A DNA stretch of 64,000 bases. Source: Trichoplax sp. H2. Taxonomy: Eukaryota. The notes under the pieces were generated by a model. The model made no database searches, had not been told where the DNA came from, and saw nothing but the letters and a program-made list of their open reading frames with translations. Position numbers and translations under genes: made by a program. The first letter of the stretch is position 1, and each line of letters opens with the position of its first letter. Positions 51,656-64,000 of the stretch are shown piece by piece. Location of the stretch: assembly GCA_003344405.1 (NCBI GenBank), contig NOWV01000132.1, forward strand, positions 62,001-126,000, given 5' to 3'.

Positions 51656-53372
51656 TTGTCGATCTCCAGTAGTCCAGTACTTCAGCACAGTGCTGCAGCA
51701 TTTGACCAATGGAAGATCGATCAATACAGTACAGTAAGATTGGTGAGAATGAATACTGTACACTTACAGTACACTTACAGTACACTGTACGCAGGAGGCA
51801 TAGTACGCAGAATCGGTGATCTTCAGTAGGCTGACCAACTTGCCACTGACGTAAACTGTGTTGAGTCGATAAGAGGACAACAATAGAAAATGACGCCAGC
51901 GACGGGTCATTCTACTAGACGCTACCACTCAAACCGTTGACTACCCTCTAGTGAAAATTCAGCAACCCGCTACTCGTCGACAGTATACTGTATCGTTTCA
52001 GATCGATGCTTCAATTGAAATGACCAGCAAAAATAATCAAGCCAACATTTTGCTAGGCTGAAAGGCCTTTTCTTATTCCCTCTCCTTCATTTTGCTAGTC
52101 GTTGGACTAAGAAGGAGAAATGGTTGTTCCATGATTGCTCAGTAATCCATCACAGACTTGGCTACTTGCAAGAATGTTCTCTTGCCAATAAACCATGCTG
52201 AGGCCTCTTCCGTCGTCGATAGTATAGTGGAACATTGCAGACATACCATGTAGTTGAAACGACCAGCAAAATAGTCGTTCACTGTATTCGCGCACTGAAC
52301 GACCATTTCTTGTTCGCTCTCTTACTTTTGTAGTCCTTTTGATGCCAACAAGCGAGCATCGACTCGCCATCCATGGTATACCATGTACGGATTACAGTTC
52401 CATATCGACGGCACTCACTATGAATACATACAGTATGTCAGAGATGGTAGCCAGCTTTTAAAAATGCTTCTACTGTACTTTGAACTGCGTCGATTCTAAC
52501 TTCAAACTGACGATATATACCTCCAATAGAAAGCAACAACTACGAAGAACATGCCTTGTTATGATGACAAGCCTCTTGAGCCTGAGCTCAGTAGGCCATG
52601 TCCACTCTATACTGTATTCTTTGTAGAGTGTTGTACAGTGTGATCTGTTTTCTTCGATAGGTTGGAACAGTCAAAACCAAAAGTAAAACGCTTCCAAAAG
52701 ATCAATCGTTCTCAACCTTCCGATAACACATTCAAACCATGCATTTGTCATCAATATTGTACAAATGCATGCAAAAATTGGTATATCCAATGTATCGGAT
52801 CAGTAAACGCAAGGGAAAAAAATTTCCTTTGCAATTTGATAGAAATGGAAGATCAATTTCATTGGGTGAAATAAAATTAATCTCCAATGTAGTTTTATCT
52901 ATATTCCGGTCCATCCCCAAGTGCAGACCTTGAAGATACAAGTCCTACCATTGGAAGTAGTACTTTCAATCAGATGGCCCAACTAAAAGGGAAAGCAATC
53001 ATCAAACATTTTCAATATTTTCTTTCCGACATTAACTCCTTGACTGATCCAGTCCAGCGTAGAAGTTGTTTTAGGCCCGTCTCGACCACACGGTCTTTGT
53101 ACTGTACTGTATGCTACTGTATGTAAATCGGCATGCCCCCCTACTACCAGCCAAGATACACCGTGGCGGAGACTGGTTTGATAGCCAAGGCGTCCCACTA
53201 TCCGTCCAGTTTACCGGCAGGTCAGTGCAAAGGCTACAGTACAGTACTGTACACTGTAGAGTTTTTTAAGACAGACTCCACGTCCTGTACTGTACTGTAC
53301 TATAGCGTACAGTACAATTGTACATGATGCACTGTAGACCCCCTTGCCATATACGCCTGCGCAATCCAGCAC

Positions 53373-53380
53373 TATATAAA
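53373..53380 (+). promoter_or_regulatory. Candidate TATA box of the HEXIM promoter
   Basis: TATATAAA in a locally GC-richer segment 1.7 kb upstream of the HEXIM ATG; would imply a 5'UTR intron. Confidence 0.35.
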
Positions 53381-55110
53381 CCCCGTCGCAACACAAAACA
53401 AGCTTAGTCGAGTCGATGCTGTCAACGGAATGGTTGAAATGTTGCAAATGTCTGCCGCACTGGCTAAAACAAACCTCAAGTGAGTCCAATCTCTTCATCA
53501 TGTTATTCTTTTTCTTACCATCATCTTGTTGGTGTTGTTGTTAGTCAGTGGCTTAGTCTTGATATCATAAGCCTGTACTACCCTTGAGTTGTCTTTATAC
53601 AGGTTTGGCCAGCCATACAACTGGCCCACCAATGCCGTAGTACGCCTTGCGATGTCATCGGTTAGATGATGTTTCTTTGCAATTGCCTTTTTTTTGAATG
53701 CTTACTATGGCAGACCAACGTGGCTTGAAATCATGCCGTAATATGGTCTTTAATCACTCAAATGACTGCTACGGATGGTTACAAATGATCCAAAGCCTAT
53801 CTTAGTGGTTATTTGTTTGATTGAACTCTAGTTTGCATTAGTTTATATTTTGCGCATAGACGATACAACAATAATATGCCAAGAAAGGACATTATAGGAG
53901 GACGTCAGGCTTGTTGTTGATTTAAGGATAGAAAGCCATCACTGTCGGAGCCAATGACTGTCAAAAGGATCAATTGCTTTTAGTTTACAGTCTATCGAAA
54001 CCAGCAAGTTATCCTTTGTACACTACTTAATTTTGATCTCCTTGTCATTGCTAGTGGTTTAGCAGCTCGTATTCTCGTTGAATTATAATTGACGCGTGTT
54101 TTTTTCCCCCTCCCCTCCCTCCCTCCCTCAGGCAGTATTGTTTCTCAAGCTGTTCCTCCGAATAGGGTAGCAACATCAGTCATTCATTATCTAGAGATAT
54201 TAAAATTGACTTAACTTTGACGTAGTTCTACCGTAATGAATGATACTGTTGCACTTGTTTATCCACTTGCTTAGGATAGCGATGAAATAACATTCGTACT
54301 ATATTGGTGATGTTAACAATCCGATGACACAATGTGCAATCGATAGGCCAATGGAAACTGATTGTTTAGCCTTTCAGTGTTTACAACTATCCTACTGTTA
54401 CTAAATTAGCTAAGGTTTCAATATCAGTATCTTGCCGTTTTAAATTCTACTCCTAGACCACAACAATCGATGCCTTGCCATGAGTAATTTTTGCTACCAT
54501 TGTACAGTATACTGTAAACGTGCAGTTGTTGTCATTGCGTATAGCGTTACATTATTTTGATGCTTTGCTTACTTCACAAATAGGATACGATAGTACGATT
54601 GAACATTAGAACAACAATTTACATGATATCTCTACTAAGCGTAGGTACAATGATGGAGTGATGCACTTAGCTAAATCAATCACAGTGATAGAAGAGCAGT
54701 TTCACTATCTAAGTTGAGGACTATTCTTACTATCAGTCATATAATATCTGATCCACTCAACAAGTCTTGATGGTGATTATCACGTGTTAAGCCTACTCGG
54801 CATCTCAATACTTCTCTACACTGGTTAGACAGTCCACAACAACAAGCAGCGACAGTTACTATGAAAAAATAATGTAGCCGTCATATCGATCTTTTCAATT
54901 TTACTCTATACAGTACTGTACTATAGGTTGGGATGTATTTTCGTCAATGTTTATGATAATACAACTGAGCGCTTTTAGTAACCATCGCAATTATCCATTT
55001 TATTAGTCCTACTAGAGTCATTCCTATCCACACTGAATTGAAGCATTGATATTATTATCACCGTAACACTGGATTGAAGAAAGGCAAAGACGCTATATTG
55101 ACAGTCAAAA

Positions 55111-55896
55111 ATGGAGGAAAATAACCAAAGTGACATGGCCCCCCAACATGGTGTCAAACGTCCTATGACCAAACCATCCCACAGAAAAAATCGCAGAAAA
55201 AATCGTGAAGGAAAGAAACTAAAGTATGCATCTTGCGTCATTAAGAAAATACCTATTGATGGTGTTACCAATCAACAGAATAATAACTCAAAAGATGAAA
55301 TTGGTGGTTGGAAAAAAACACGACGTGGAAAAAAGAAACGTGGCAAAAATAATAAAAAGAAATTTTCAAACTATCAAAACTTATCTTGTCAAGAAAAGGC
55401 TGAATTAGAAGAAATGGCCGCTGAAGAAGCTACACAATTATATAATCAACGCATTCAATCGGGCTTGCCAGTAACACCCTTCAACACAACCCAATTTATT
55501 ATGGATGACTACGAAAAAGCACGAGCTCGAAGTGTCAATGACAATAGTGACGATTTATTAGATGAAATACAACGAATGGAAGATAAATCAGAAAATGGTA
55601 ACTATAGTGGTGAAGACGAATTTACCGCCCATTTGGAAGAAATTCGATTCGACAAATATGATCGAATGAGTAAGGGTGAGCTGGTCAGATATTGTTATCA
55701 ATTAGATAAGAAAATACAGCAACTTGAAGAAGCTGATCAAGATGCTACCAACAGAGATAGTAACCATCATCACCACTCCAACGAAACAAAGATCGGAAAT
55801 GATGATGTTGAACAAATGCAAAAGGAAATAGCATCGCTACGGCAAGAGAACACCAAGCTATACGGATTGATTGCCTCACAAAAGGAGAAAAAATGA
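55111..55896 (+). CDS. HEXIM: HEXIM (P-TEFb inhibitor, 7SK snRNP subunit), single coding exon, 261 aa
   Basis: Basic region KKTRRGKKKRGK; PVTPFNTTQFIMDDYE (cf. PVAPYNTTQFLMDDH); acidic region; coiled coil MSKGELVRYCYQLDK...EIASLRQENTKL. Confidence 0.9.
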   Translation: MEENNQSDMAPQHGVKRPMTKPSHRKNRRKNREGKKLKYASCVIKKIPIDGVTNQQNNNSKDEIGGWKKTRRGKKKRGKNNKKKFSNYQNLSCQEKAELEEMAAEEATQLYNQRIQSGLPVTPFNTTQFIMDDYEKARARSVNDNSDDLLDEIQRMEDKSENGNYSGEDEFTAHLEEIRFDKYDRMSKGELVRYCYQLDKKIQQLEEADQDATNRDSNHHHHSNETKIGNDDVEQMQKEIASLRQENTKLYGLIASQKEKK

Positions 55897-56933
55897 ATAC
55901 CCGCATGAATGTGATACCTATTCTTGCAATGTTATCATACGATATCGTTGATAGTTATACACCATGCAACATTTTACTATTTCAAAGTTCTGCACTTAGA
56001 AATTGAATTATTTTACAATCTTTGTAAGATATTGTTACTGCATTTTGGAGCAGGACAATTTACTGTAATTTTTTTTCTGCTTGATGTTATCCTATTATTA
56101 TATAAATATTTTCACTTATTCTTTGTTCGTATCATTTATCGTACTGTCATAAAAACAAAAATTGAGTTATCTTTCAATGTACAGCTCTACGATCTTGTAA
56201 GAATTGAATTAAATTGAGTCTCTGAAAATGAAATAATCAGCTTGACAATCTAATAACCAATTGAGGATCTATTTATTGAATTTTTGAATAATATTGAAAA
56301 AAATGAAATCGTTGATATGTAAGATTATGCAGCTCAAACGTACTAACTGAATAGAACAGTATAGCAACGTATCAAGGCCTTTAGCGTAATAGAAGAGTAC
56401 AATAATTTAAGAGAGCAAGAAGTAGTGGATGTTTATCGCAGCAATATCTTTACTAACTTACAACAGAGTTAAATTACAAAATATATTAAATAAAAGCACC
56501 ATGACAAGCTCATAAATAGTCAAACTTAGCAAATTCTCAATATCAGAATGGATGCACATCATATGATGCTGTCGTGAAAGTCGAATATCTGTTACTAACT
56601 ATACTGTACATAGTGCCACACATTATCCATTATATAGAATACTGTATGATAAAGACACTTTCTTTTAATGCCAACCCTTTTGACTTGGACTAATATTAGC
56701 TTTACAACGAATTCAATTATTATCCAAGAAGTGAAGATTACCATCATGATAACAGCAACAAATATTCATTAATAAATTGATCGCCTACGAATAATGCCAC
56801 TGTCGTTAGTCATACCTTATCTAATACAATGATTTAATATTGAAATAGCATTTCCACATGTTTCGAACATTGCAAGATGAAAAATGGCTTATATAAAAAT
56901 TAATTGAAATCATCCAGAAGATTTTAAAATCTT

Positions 56934-59900
56934 TTAAAAATCTGCTTCGTGAAGCTTGGCAACTTGTTTTAATATGTTCGAATGACTAGCAAATAGCGGG
57001 ACTTTGGAACTAACCCGTTGCCATCTTACTGCACAAGCATCATCACCCGCCTAAGTAACACATATAAAATTAATTCATCGTTAGAGAGGTTAATCGTTAT
57101 CAAGAGCTGAAATGAGCAAAAATACAATCAATCCATTCATACTAAGTGAATCACTCACTAACCTGCAGTTCAAAATTATTAAATACGCTACCATCGTTAT
57201 CATGAAAGTTTACAGCAATCGTTTCCATCCAAGCATGATCTGTATTACGAGGATCATCAACGTAACCTTTATAGACCTAATAAAATTTTAAATTGGAAAA
57301 ATGTTATCCACTTCTTCTTTGTCACAAACAAATTATAGTGCTATAACCCATTTATGTCTAGATTGTTACTCACCACATGTCCATCTTGAAATATTTGATC
57401 CATATGCTTTTTAATTTGTTCACTCTCTTCAGGAGTTTTTTCCAACTTTCCTAAGGCTTCTTCACTAAATTCAGCTTTCAATGTTTGACTTATAGTCTCA
57501 CCAGGTTCAACCATTCCCTAAAAATGATGTAATCCATCAGTCATGGCGATAGCTACAAAATCAAAACTTGCTTACAACGCAGAGGCAATAATTATCGATA
57601 CTCTCTTACCCCTGGTATAGCCCATTGGTGGTTATCACGCCGTTGGATAGCTACAAATTCCAAAACTTTCTTATCATTTTCTATCACAATTCCTCGAACA
57701 TTACGCTTCCATCGTGTTACAATAGGATCTGCAGCATGATTAGGTCCCCATCGACCGAGAAGACCTCTTCCCTTTACACCAGTACGGCCTTCAGGATTTC
57801 TATCATTGCAATTTAAACGTTTAACCCGTTAAACTCATTATTGCCACGCATCAACGAAATGTATACTAGTCAAACATAGATTCCACAATTTCTTTGACTA
57901 ATAGTATATATCCTCTACTCTTGGTATGACTGAAAGGTCATTTTAATAAATAGATCGATTTCAACATTTTCCTTGGCTAATAGTATAAAATCTACTATAC
58001 GATACATAACTGAAAGGTAGTTTGAGTAAATAAATCGATTTCAACATTTTTCTTGACTATTAGTATAAAATTCACTACTCTATACATGATTGAATAGCAG
58101 TTTCCCTAATCGATCAATTTCAACGTTTTGCTTGGCTAAAAGTACCGTATAAAAAATCCTTTACTCTATGCATGGCTGAAGAGTAGTTTCAGTAAATAAA
58201 TCCATATCAACATTTTCCTATGATAACAGTATAGAGTCCACTACTCTATATCTGATTAATGAGTAGTTCAGTAAATAGACTACAATGATATGATATGACA
58301 GATAATAGACTGCAGCTGTATAATAAGCGACAGCAAGAGATACACGAGAATACTACGTCGCTAAAGTAAAATCAACGACTTGTCCTATCATAATACAGTC
58401 CAAATTTTACTTTTCAAACTTATTTGGAAAATAACAATATGATATGCCTAAATCAGGGTGTCTTATTGATCCTATTCTAGTAGTAAAACTTACAATGGAA
58501 ATCCATCGACAACCATATAATCTCCTTCGTAGCTAACCCGATTGACATTATAAGCCGGATCAAGGCAATTATACAAAATTTTAATGCTGTCGGGATGATG
58601 TGGTCCCCTATAAAATGACATAACGAATTGATCAGAATAAGGCTAATACAAAATTATGCAGTAATTATAATATTATAACTGGCTGATGAAACATGCTATC
58701 GTTGATTGCTCATCTTACAATGTTAAAATATCTGGATCAGCCCATATTGGGCCAGCTAATACAACATCATCCGTATGAACCACAGGTTCATAGTCGGGAA
58801 ATGGAATCTGTGAATAAGAAAAAATAATTTCAATTTGTTGCTGAATAAAGTGAAATAAGAAATCATTTGATCTCAATTTTGTTGTACGTAGAATCATTGG
58901 TATAATATTGCTCTTACCTCCCAATTAACGGCATTATCAGGAACAGGAAATCGTTGAATAGCTGTCCCTGGATAGGGCGATTTCCTCGCTTTTTTATGTA
59001 CCGAATGGCCATAGCGTCCAACTTCATTTTCAATGGGGACAGAATCAGTCAATTTCAACGTTGTTACACTTGGTGGTGGGATAGGCAGTGATCGAAATTG
59101 GCTTAAACGACGCTTTCTGTCGCTACAATAAATTTAAAAATAAAAATAACGTACAAGCGTCAGAATAGAGCAACTATAAAAATGAGTTTAGCTATAACTT
59201 TTCACTACTGGCATAATGCGCGAATATTGAAAAGTGAAATAGAGCACCGGTACTGTATAAATATCAGAGTAGAACAAATATAAAATGGGTTTAGCGCTTA
59301 AATACTCTAATATATTAATATTTAAAATAGATTTGATGAGGCTTTCTTTCACTCTAATATATTAAAATGTAAATAATGGATCAACGAAATAGTTGAGTAA
59401 CTGTAAAATAGGTTTAATGACACTTACTCACACTCCACTATAGAAAAAAATAATCTGCAAATACCGTAGTAGAACAACTATAAAACAGGTTTGACGACGC
59501 TTTCTTTTATTCTACTATATAGGAAAGTGAAACAATCTATCAATACTGCAGTAGGATAACTGTAAAGTAGCCTTTGGTGAGCTTTCCTTCACTCTAATAT
59601 ATTAAAGAGTAAAATAATCGATCAACGTAGTAGTTGAACAATTATAAAATAGGCTTGAAGCAACACTTTCTCTCGCTCTCTCATACATGAAAAAGTAAAA
59701 TAATTGATGGAAATGTCAAAATTAAAACAAATGTAAATGGATTTAACAGCGCTTTCTTCTATTTTACTATACTGAATGCAAAATAATCTATGAACAGTAG
59801 AGTAAAGTAAACCTAAAATGGATTTAGTGGCTCTTTTTCTTACTATACTGAAAAGAGTATAATTATTTAACGTATCAAGTAGAACAAACGAGAAAATTGG

Positions 59901-62900
59901 GTTTAACGATACTGTCATTCACTATAATATATTGAAGAATACAATCGTGTATGAATAGCAAGAAAAGTATAAAATAGATAAAAATGTAAGCCAAAATTAA
60001 CCTAGATAGGCCTTCTTTAGCATCTAAATGCTCCAAAATGGCATCAAACATCTCCATTGTCCTTTCATCTAGATCAGCTAAGCGACGCTCAATTCGTTCC
60101 ATAGAGGAATTTTCATCGGGCATTGCTGTTACAGGACGTAATCGACTATCTTTACTACCAACACCTTTTGCAGCTATAATGGCTGCCATGTGTTCCAATC
60201 TACAATAAATAATTAAAACAACATTGGTTCAAAATAGTTGAAGACTTCCAAGCCTGACTTGCACGAAATAGAAACGATATTGATCTAGCAAACAATCGTA
60301 GCCGTGGCCAATATCTCTAGTTTTACTCTCTTTACCTTTCTCCTGAATTACGAACACGAGATTCTATACTATCGGACTTTTTACTTTCAGCTTGCAACCA
60401 ATACGCATCTGCAGCCTCAAATTCCCATAATTCTAGTTGCTGATCTAATCTACGACTAGTCATTTTGACTTCTATAATGGAAAGCAACATAAAGTAAAAT
60501 AGATGGAGAACTGTTATGGCGTTACATTCTTCATTTGTCGACGAAAATAGTTACAATCGTAAATTCAAGGCAAGTATCCAGTAGTGACAAGGATAGCTCA
60601 ACTATCCAACTAAAGAAAACTGAAAACGATTCCAATAGATGAAGAATTAGCTTACTTAGAGAGTTTTTCTCCACAGGATATCGATGGCTTTTACAATTCT
60701 TTCGTAATGATTTAATAACTAGATTTAGATGACTGATTAAAATGAATGGAGGTGGTAAAGCTGGACGTTCTAGATATTCACGGATTAAATCGTATCGCTG
60801 AAATTTCCACACTAAATCTGAGCGTTCTTGTACCAATGAAAATGTATTGCTAAATAAATAGAGGAATAAAAGAATATTTAGCAATTGGATTGGACTCAAG
60901 TCAGAATTCAAAATTGCTTGTCGTCCCGTTATTAAATTAATATAGGAATAAAATAAGCCTGGACTGATCGAATTGGTCTGAAGTGAGATTTTAAATTGCT
61001 TGTCATCCTATTCATGGTATTCTACTGCATATGCTGTAATTGTAGTCTCTATTTGGTACTGTTACAGTGTTAAATACTGTATTACAGTAGAAATATCTAT
61101 GTTAGGATAATTCTGTTAGACTATCCTTATTTAGTTAACTTCTAATTTGGATATACTGTGTTTTAAAATAGCACTGACTTTTTATGACAGTGACACTTAT
61201 ACATATACTGAAATTAATACTTATAATAGGGAATGCAAATCATCTACTTACAGTTCCAATCATTGTGATTGTAATTTACTTATGCTAGATTGTAAATTAT
61301 CATGGAAATGTTCCGTGATAGGACATATCGTAATCTGACTATTCTGTATTAGTCATTACATGTCTATATTCGTAAATACTGTTGTCTGCATTAAGGAAGC
61401 AGTAGCTAAAATTAATATCTAATTCAGTAAATGATTCCAATGTTAATTGTATTAACTATGACTCATGAACTATTGAGGAATAGTATATAAATGCAGTATA
61501 TCGTGAAATAAAGAGAATTCTCCAACTTAGTGTTTAACGTAAAATACGAGGCGTTTAAGTCTTTGTGTAGTCTGCTAGTAGAGCAAAAGTGTTTGTGATA
61601 GTGCAGATATCGTTCCTTGATACGTAGTTCAAGGAATTGACTTATTGATCGTATATTGCGTTATCTTGTTGCAGAGCTGTTTTGTGACAGGTACATATGT
61701 TAGAAAGAATTTTTCCTTCATACTATCTCGATTACATTAGGATGTAGCTAATTCGCCAACATCAACTTCATTTCATATCAACTATTCAGTTACTAGTTAT
61801 TACGTTTTTATCACCATATTTAAAATAAAAATGAAGAGATTAACAAACATCCTCAGTACCCAGTAGTTAATCCGTTTAGACTATAAGATTTTGATAGCCT
61901 TACTAATAGCATCGAATTGAAATTTAATTTAACGTTATGTATTTCAACTTCCTCAACTTACTTGAACATAGCAATAAGTAAATTAATCAGCAAAATGTTG
62001 GTAATTAAGAGATATAAAGAGAACAAGACAGGTACAAGCCAGTTATTTGCCACACAGTTCGTTGGATCAGTAGTATAATTTTGTCCTGGTGGGCAGTTTT
62101 GACCTAGAAATAGAATAAATACAAAGTTACAACAGGGAAGACCGACATCTATTAGTAATGAGTTATTTCATAGTAATACAGTTCACTATCATGAAAGAAA
62201 TATATCTCATAGAAGATTTATGGCCATTATATGATTCAGGAAAGTAGCTTTTCCCCCACGACTAATATTGGACTATTTTTATACCATTAGCAGAATTCAA
62301 GATGGCTTTAAATTATAATATCACCACTTTTCTATTTGTCATAGAACGCTACATCAAGTTTGAGATACTAATACAGTAATAGTTCTCATTTTACGTTTAA
62401 TTGATTATATAATTATTAGTAAGTTATAAAAATATAAAATTCATATTTGGCATAACATTCACTAGGCTATAGAAACTAGAATTTCACGCTAGCATGATCT
62501 TACGTTGTAACTAGGGCATAGTTGTGAGCTTTGTATCTGCTAGATGGCAGCAAACTCTTGACTTAAAAGTAAATTAATTTTCCTATATAATATTTTTACA
62601 CTAATAATTATATATTGTACACGTATATTGCATAGCCTGATAAAATATAGAAGTAGTTCTCACTTTACGCTTGACTGATTAAAAATATCATTTTTGCTAT
62701 CGAATAGTGCGTTGCAGATATATTTGCCGCAATGTTAATTAAGCTGACATAATCCTACGCCTTAACTGCTGCGTAATTGTAAGCTTTGTATCTTCTAGAC
62801 AGCTACAAACTCTATACACAAAATCCTAATTTTTATATTACACATATTTATACGGTATATATTATATATTGTACTGTATATTGTATAGCCTGATGAAATT

Positions 62901-64000
62901 TAGCATTAGTTCATACTTTTCGCTCGATTAATTACAAATCTCCAATTCATATTTGATACCGAAAAGCAAGTTGCAGTATAAATTTAACCGTAATGCAGAA
63001 TTAATTGGGCTGTACAAACTAGACTCTCGAGCTAGCATAATCCTACGTCGTAACTATGCGGCTGTTAGGCTGCAGATGCTAAAATAGATAGCATTAAATC
63101 CTTTGCTGAATGTCCTAGATATTGAAATGCCTCTAAGGCGTTGTAGTTCCTACCGTTTAACTTAGATTCTCACGCCAACTGGAAATTTTTTTACTTTATG
63201 ATATATTAGAGTAAAAATTCCTACAAAAATTGGACATTTCTACACTTAATTAATCTCAGACTAAATACAGTATATCTAATTTTTTCACCCAAGTACATCC
63301 TTTACTGCGCTTTGTAAGCAAATATGCTGGCGATGCATATACTAGATGCTGCATAAGGCGACATGGATTAATGAACTCAGCTATACACAATCAATCTATA
63401 GAATAGTTTTATAATTCATAGTGAGAGATTTTCTCTTGCCTTACCTTGAATTTCAGCCAAGAATAGTTCACCATAGATATTAAAATAGGGTATATAGAAT
63501 ATTTTCTGAATTATAGTAGCATTAAAAGGATAATTAGGATGAAGTATAGCGTGACTTGATACACCATATGCTACCAAAAAGACGCCCAAAATAACCACGA
63601 AGAAGACCAAATCGCTTAACTAGTTGAAATTGATCAAATGGGATAAAATAAGCTGCATTAATACCGTTTAAGTCATTGCCTATTATTACAAGTGTTAATA
63701 CTATAGCTAATCAATTTTTCTTTTAAACGCGGTAACATTTACCAATGAGATAACGCATTTTAATAAATAGAAAATCTTACCATTTTCTTAATCATCACTA
63801 ATAAAGGCCCAAAATGGATACTAACGGAATAGATTTGTAGCACACGTAAACAGTAAATTATAAAGCCAAGACAGTAAATTATTCGCCCAGTTTCTCGAGT
63901 TTGCTCGAAGAAGCGCAAAACTATAGCCGTAATAACGAAAGCCAAAGCTACCACATCGGCAATATTCCATAAATCCGATAAGTAACTTGCTAACTTTTTA
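56934..64000 (-). CDS. TRPM2: TRPM2-like channel with C-terminal NUDT9-homology domain (3' part; 5' end lies beyond the window)
   Basis: S4-S5 [23 protein letters not shown]; pore [14 protein letters not shown]6 [16 protein letters not shown] box VWKFQRY; LPPPF; NUDT9-[67 protein letters not shown]. Last exon 57050-56934 ends LHEADF*. Confidence 0.92.
57885..58280. repeat. Intronic tandem repeat, about 85 bp x4-5
   Basis: TTCAACATTTT.CTTG.CTA..AGTATA...CTACT recurs in TRPM2 intron. Confidence 0.8.
59160..59960. repeat. Intronic degenerate tandem repeat, unit about 80-85 bp
   Basis: Recurring CTTTC.TTCACTCTAATATATTAAA and AGAACAA.TATAAAA motifs. Confidence 0.6.

Noticed and set aside
50151..51672. 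Cys-rich ORFs (HCCSNCSQC) resembling zinc fingers
   Set aside because: They arise from the 310-bp DNA repeat, mostly start at TTG, and their frames are not preserved across units.

Overview
AT-rich eukaryotic (animal) genomic DNA with compact GT-AG introns. Gene content and style fit a non-bilaterian animal such as a placozoan, but that is inference. I reconstructed nine protein-coding genes by hand: an intronless orphan class A GPCR; a 14-exon amphiphysin/BIN1 with six NPF+acidic motifs; two intronless MFSD6-like transporters; a 13-exon CaMKII-derived kinase (no exon of it appears in the ORF track) that seems to lack the hub domain and has altered regulatory and substrate-pocket residues; lunapark; INO80D; HEXIM (PFNT variant); and the 3' part of a TRPM2-like channel with an intact NUDT9-H Nudix box. 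Non-coding features include several tandem arrays (two abut likely promoters), three inverted repeats, an orphan decayed copy of an amphiphysin exon, and a GC-rich multi-hairpin segment between INO80D and HEXIM. I saw no rRNA, tRNA, CRISPR array or transposase. Exon boundaries were read manually and may be off by a few bases.
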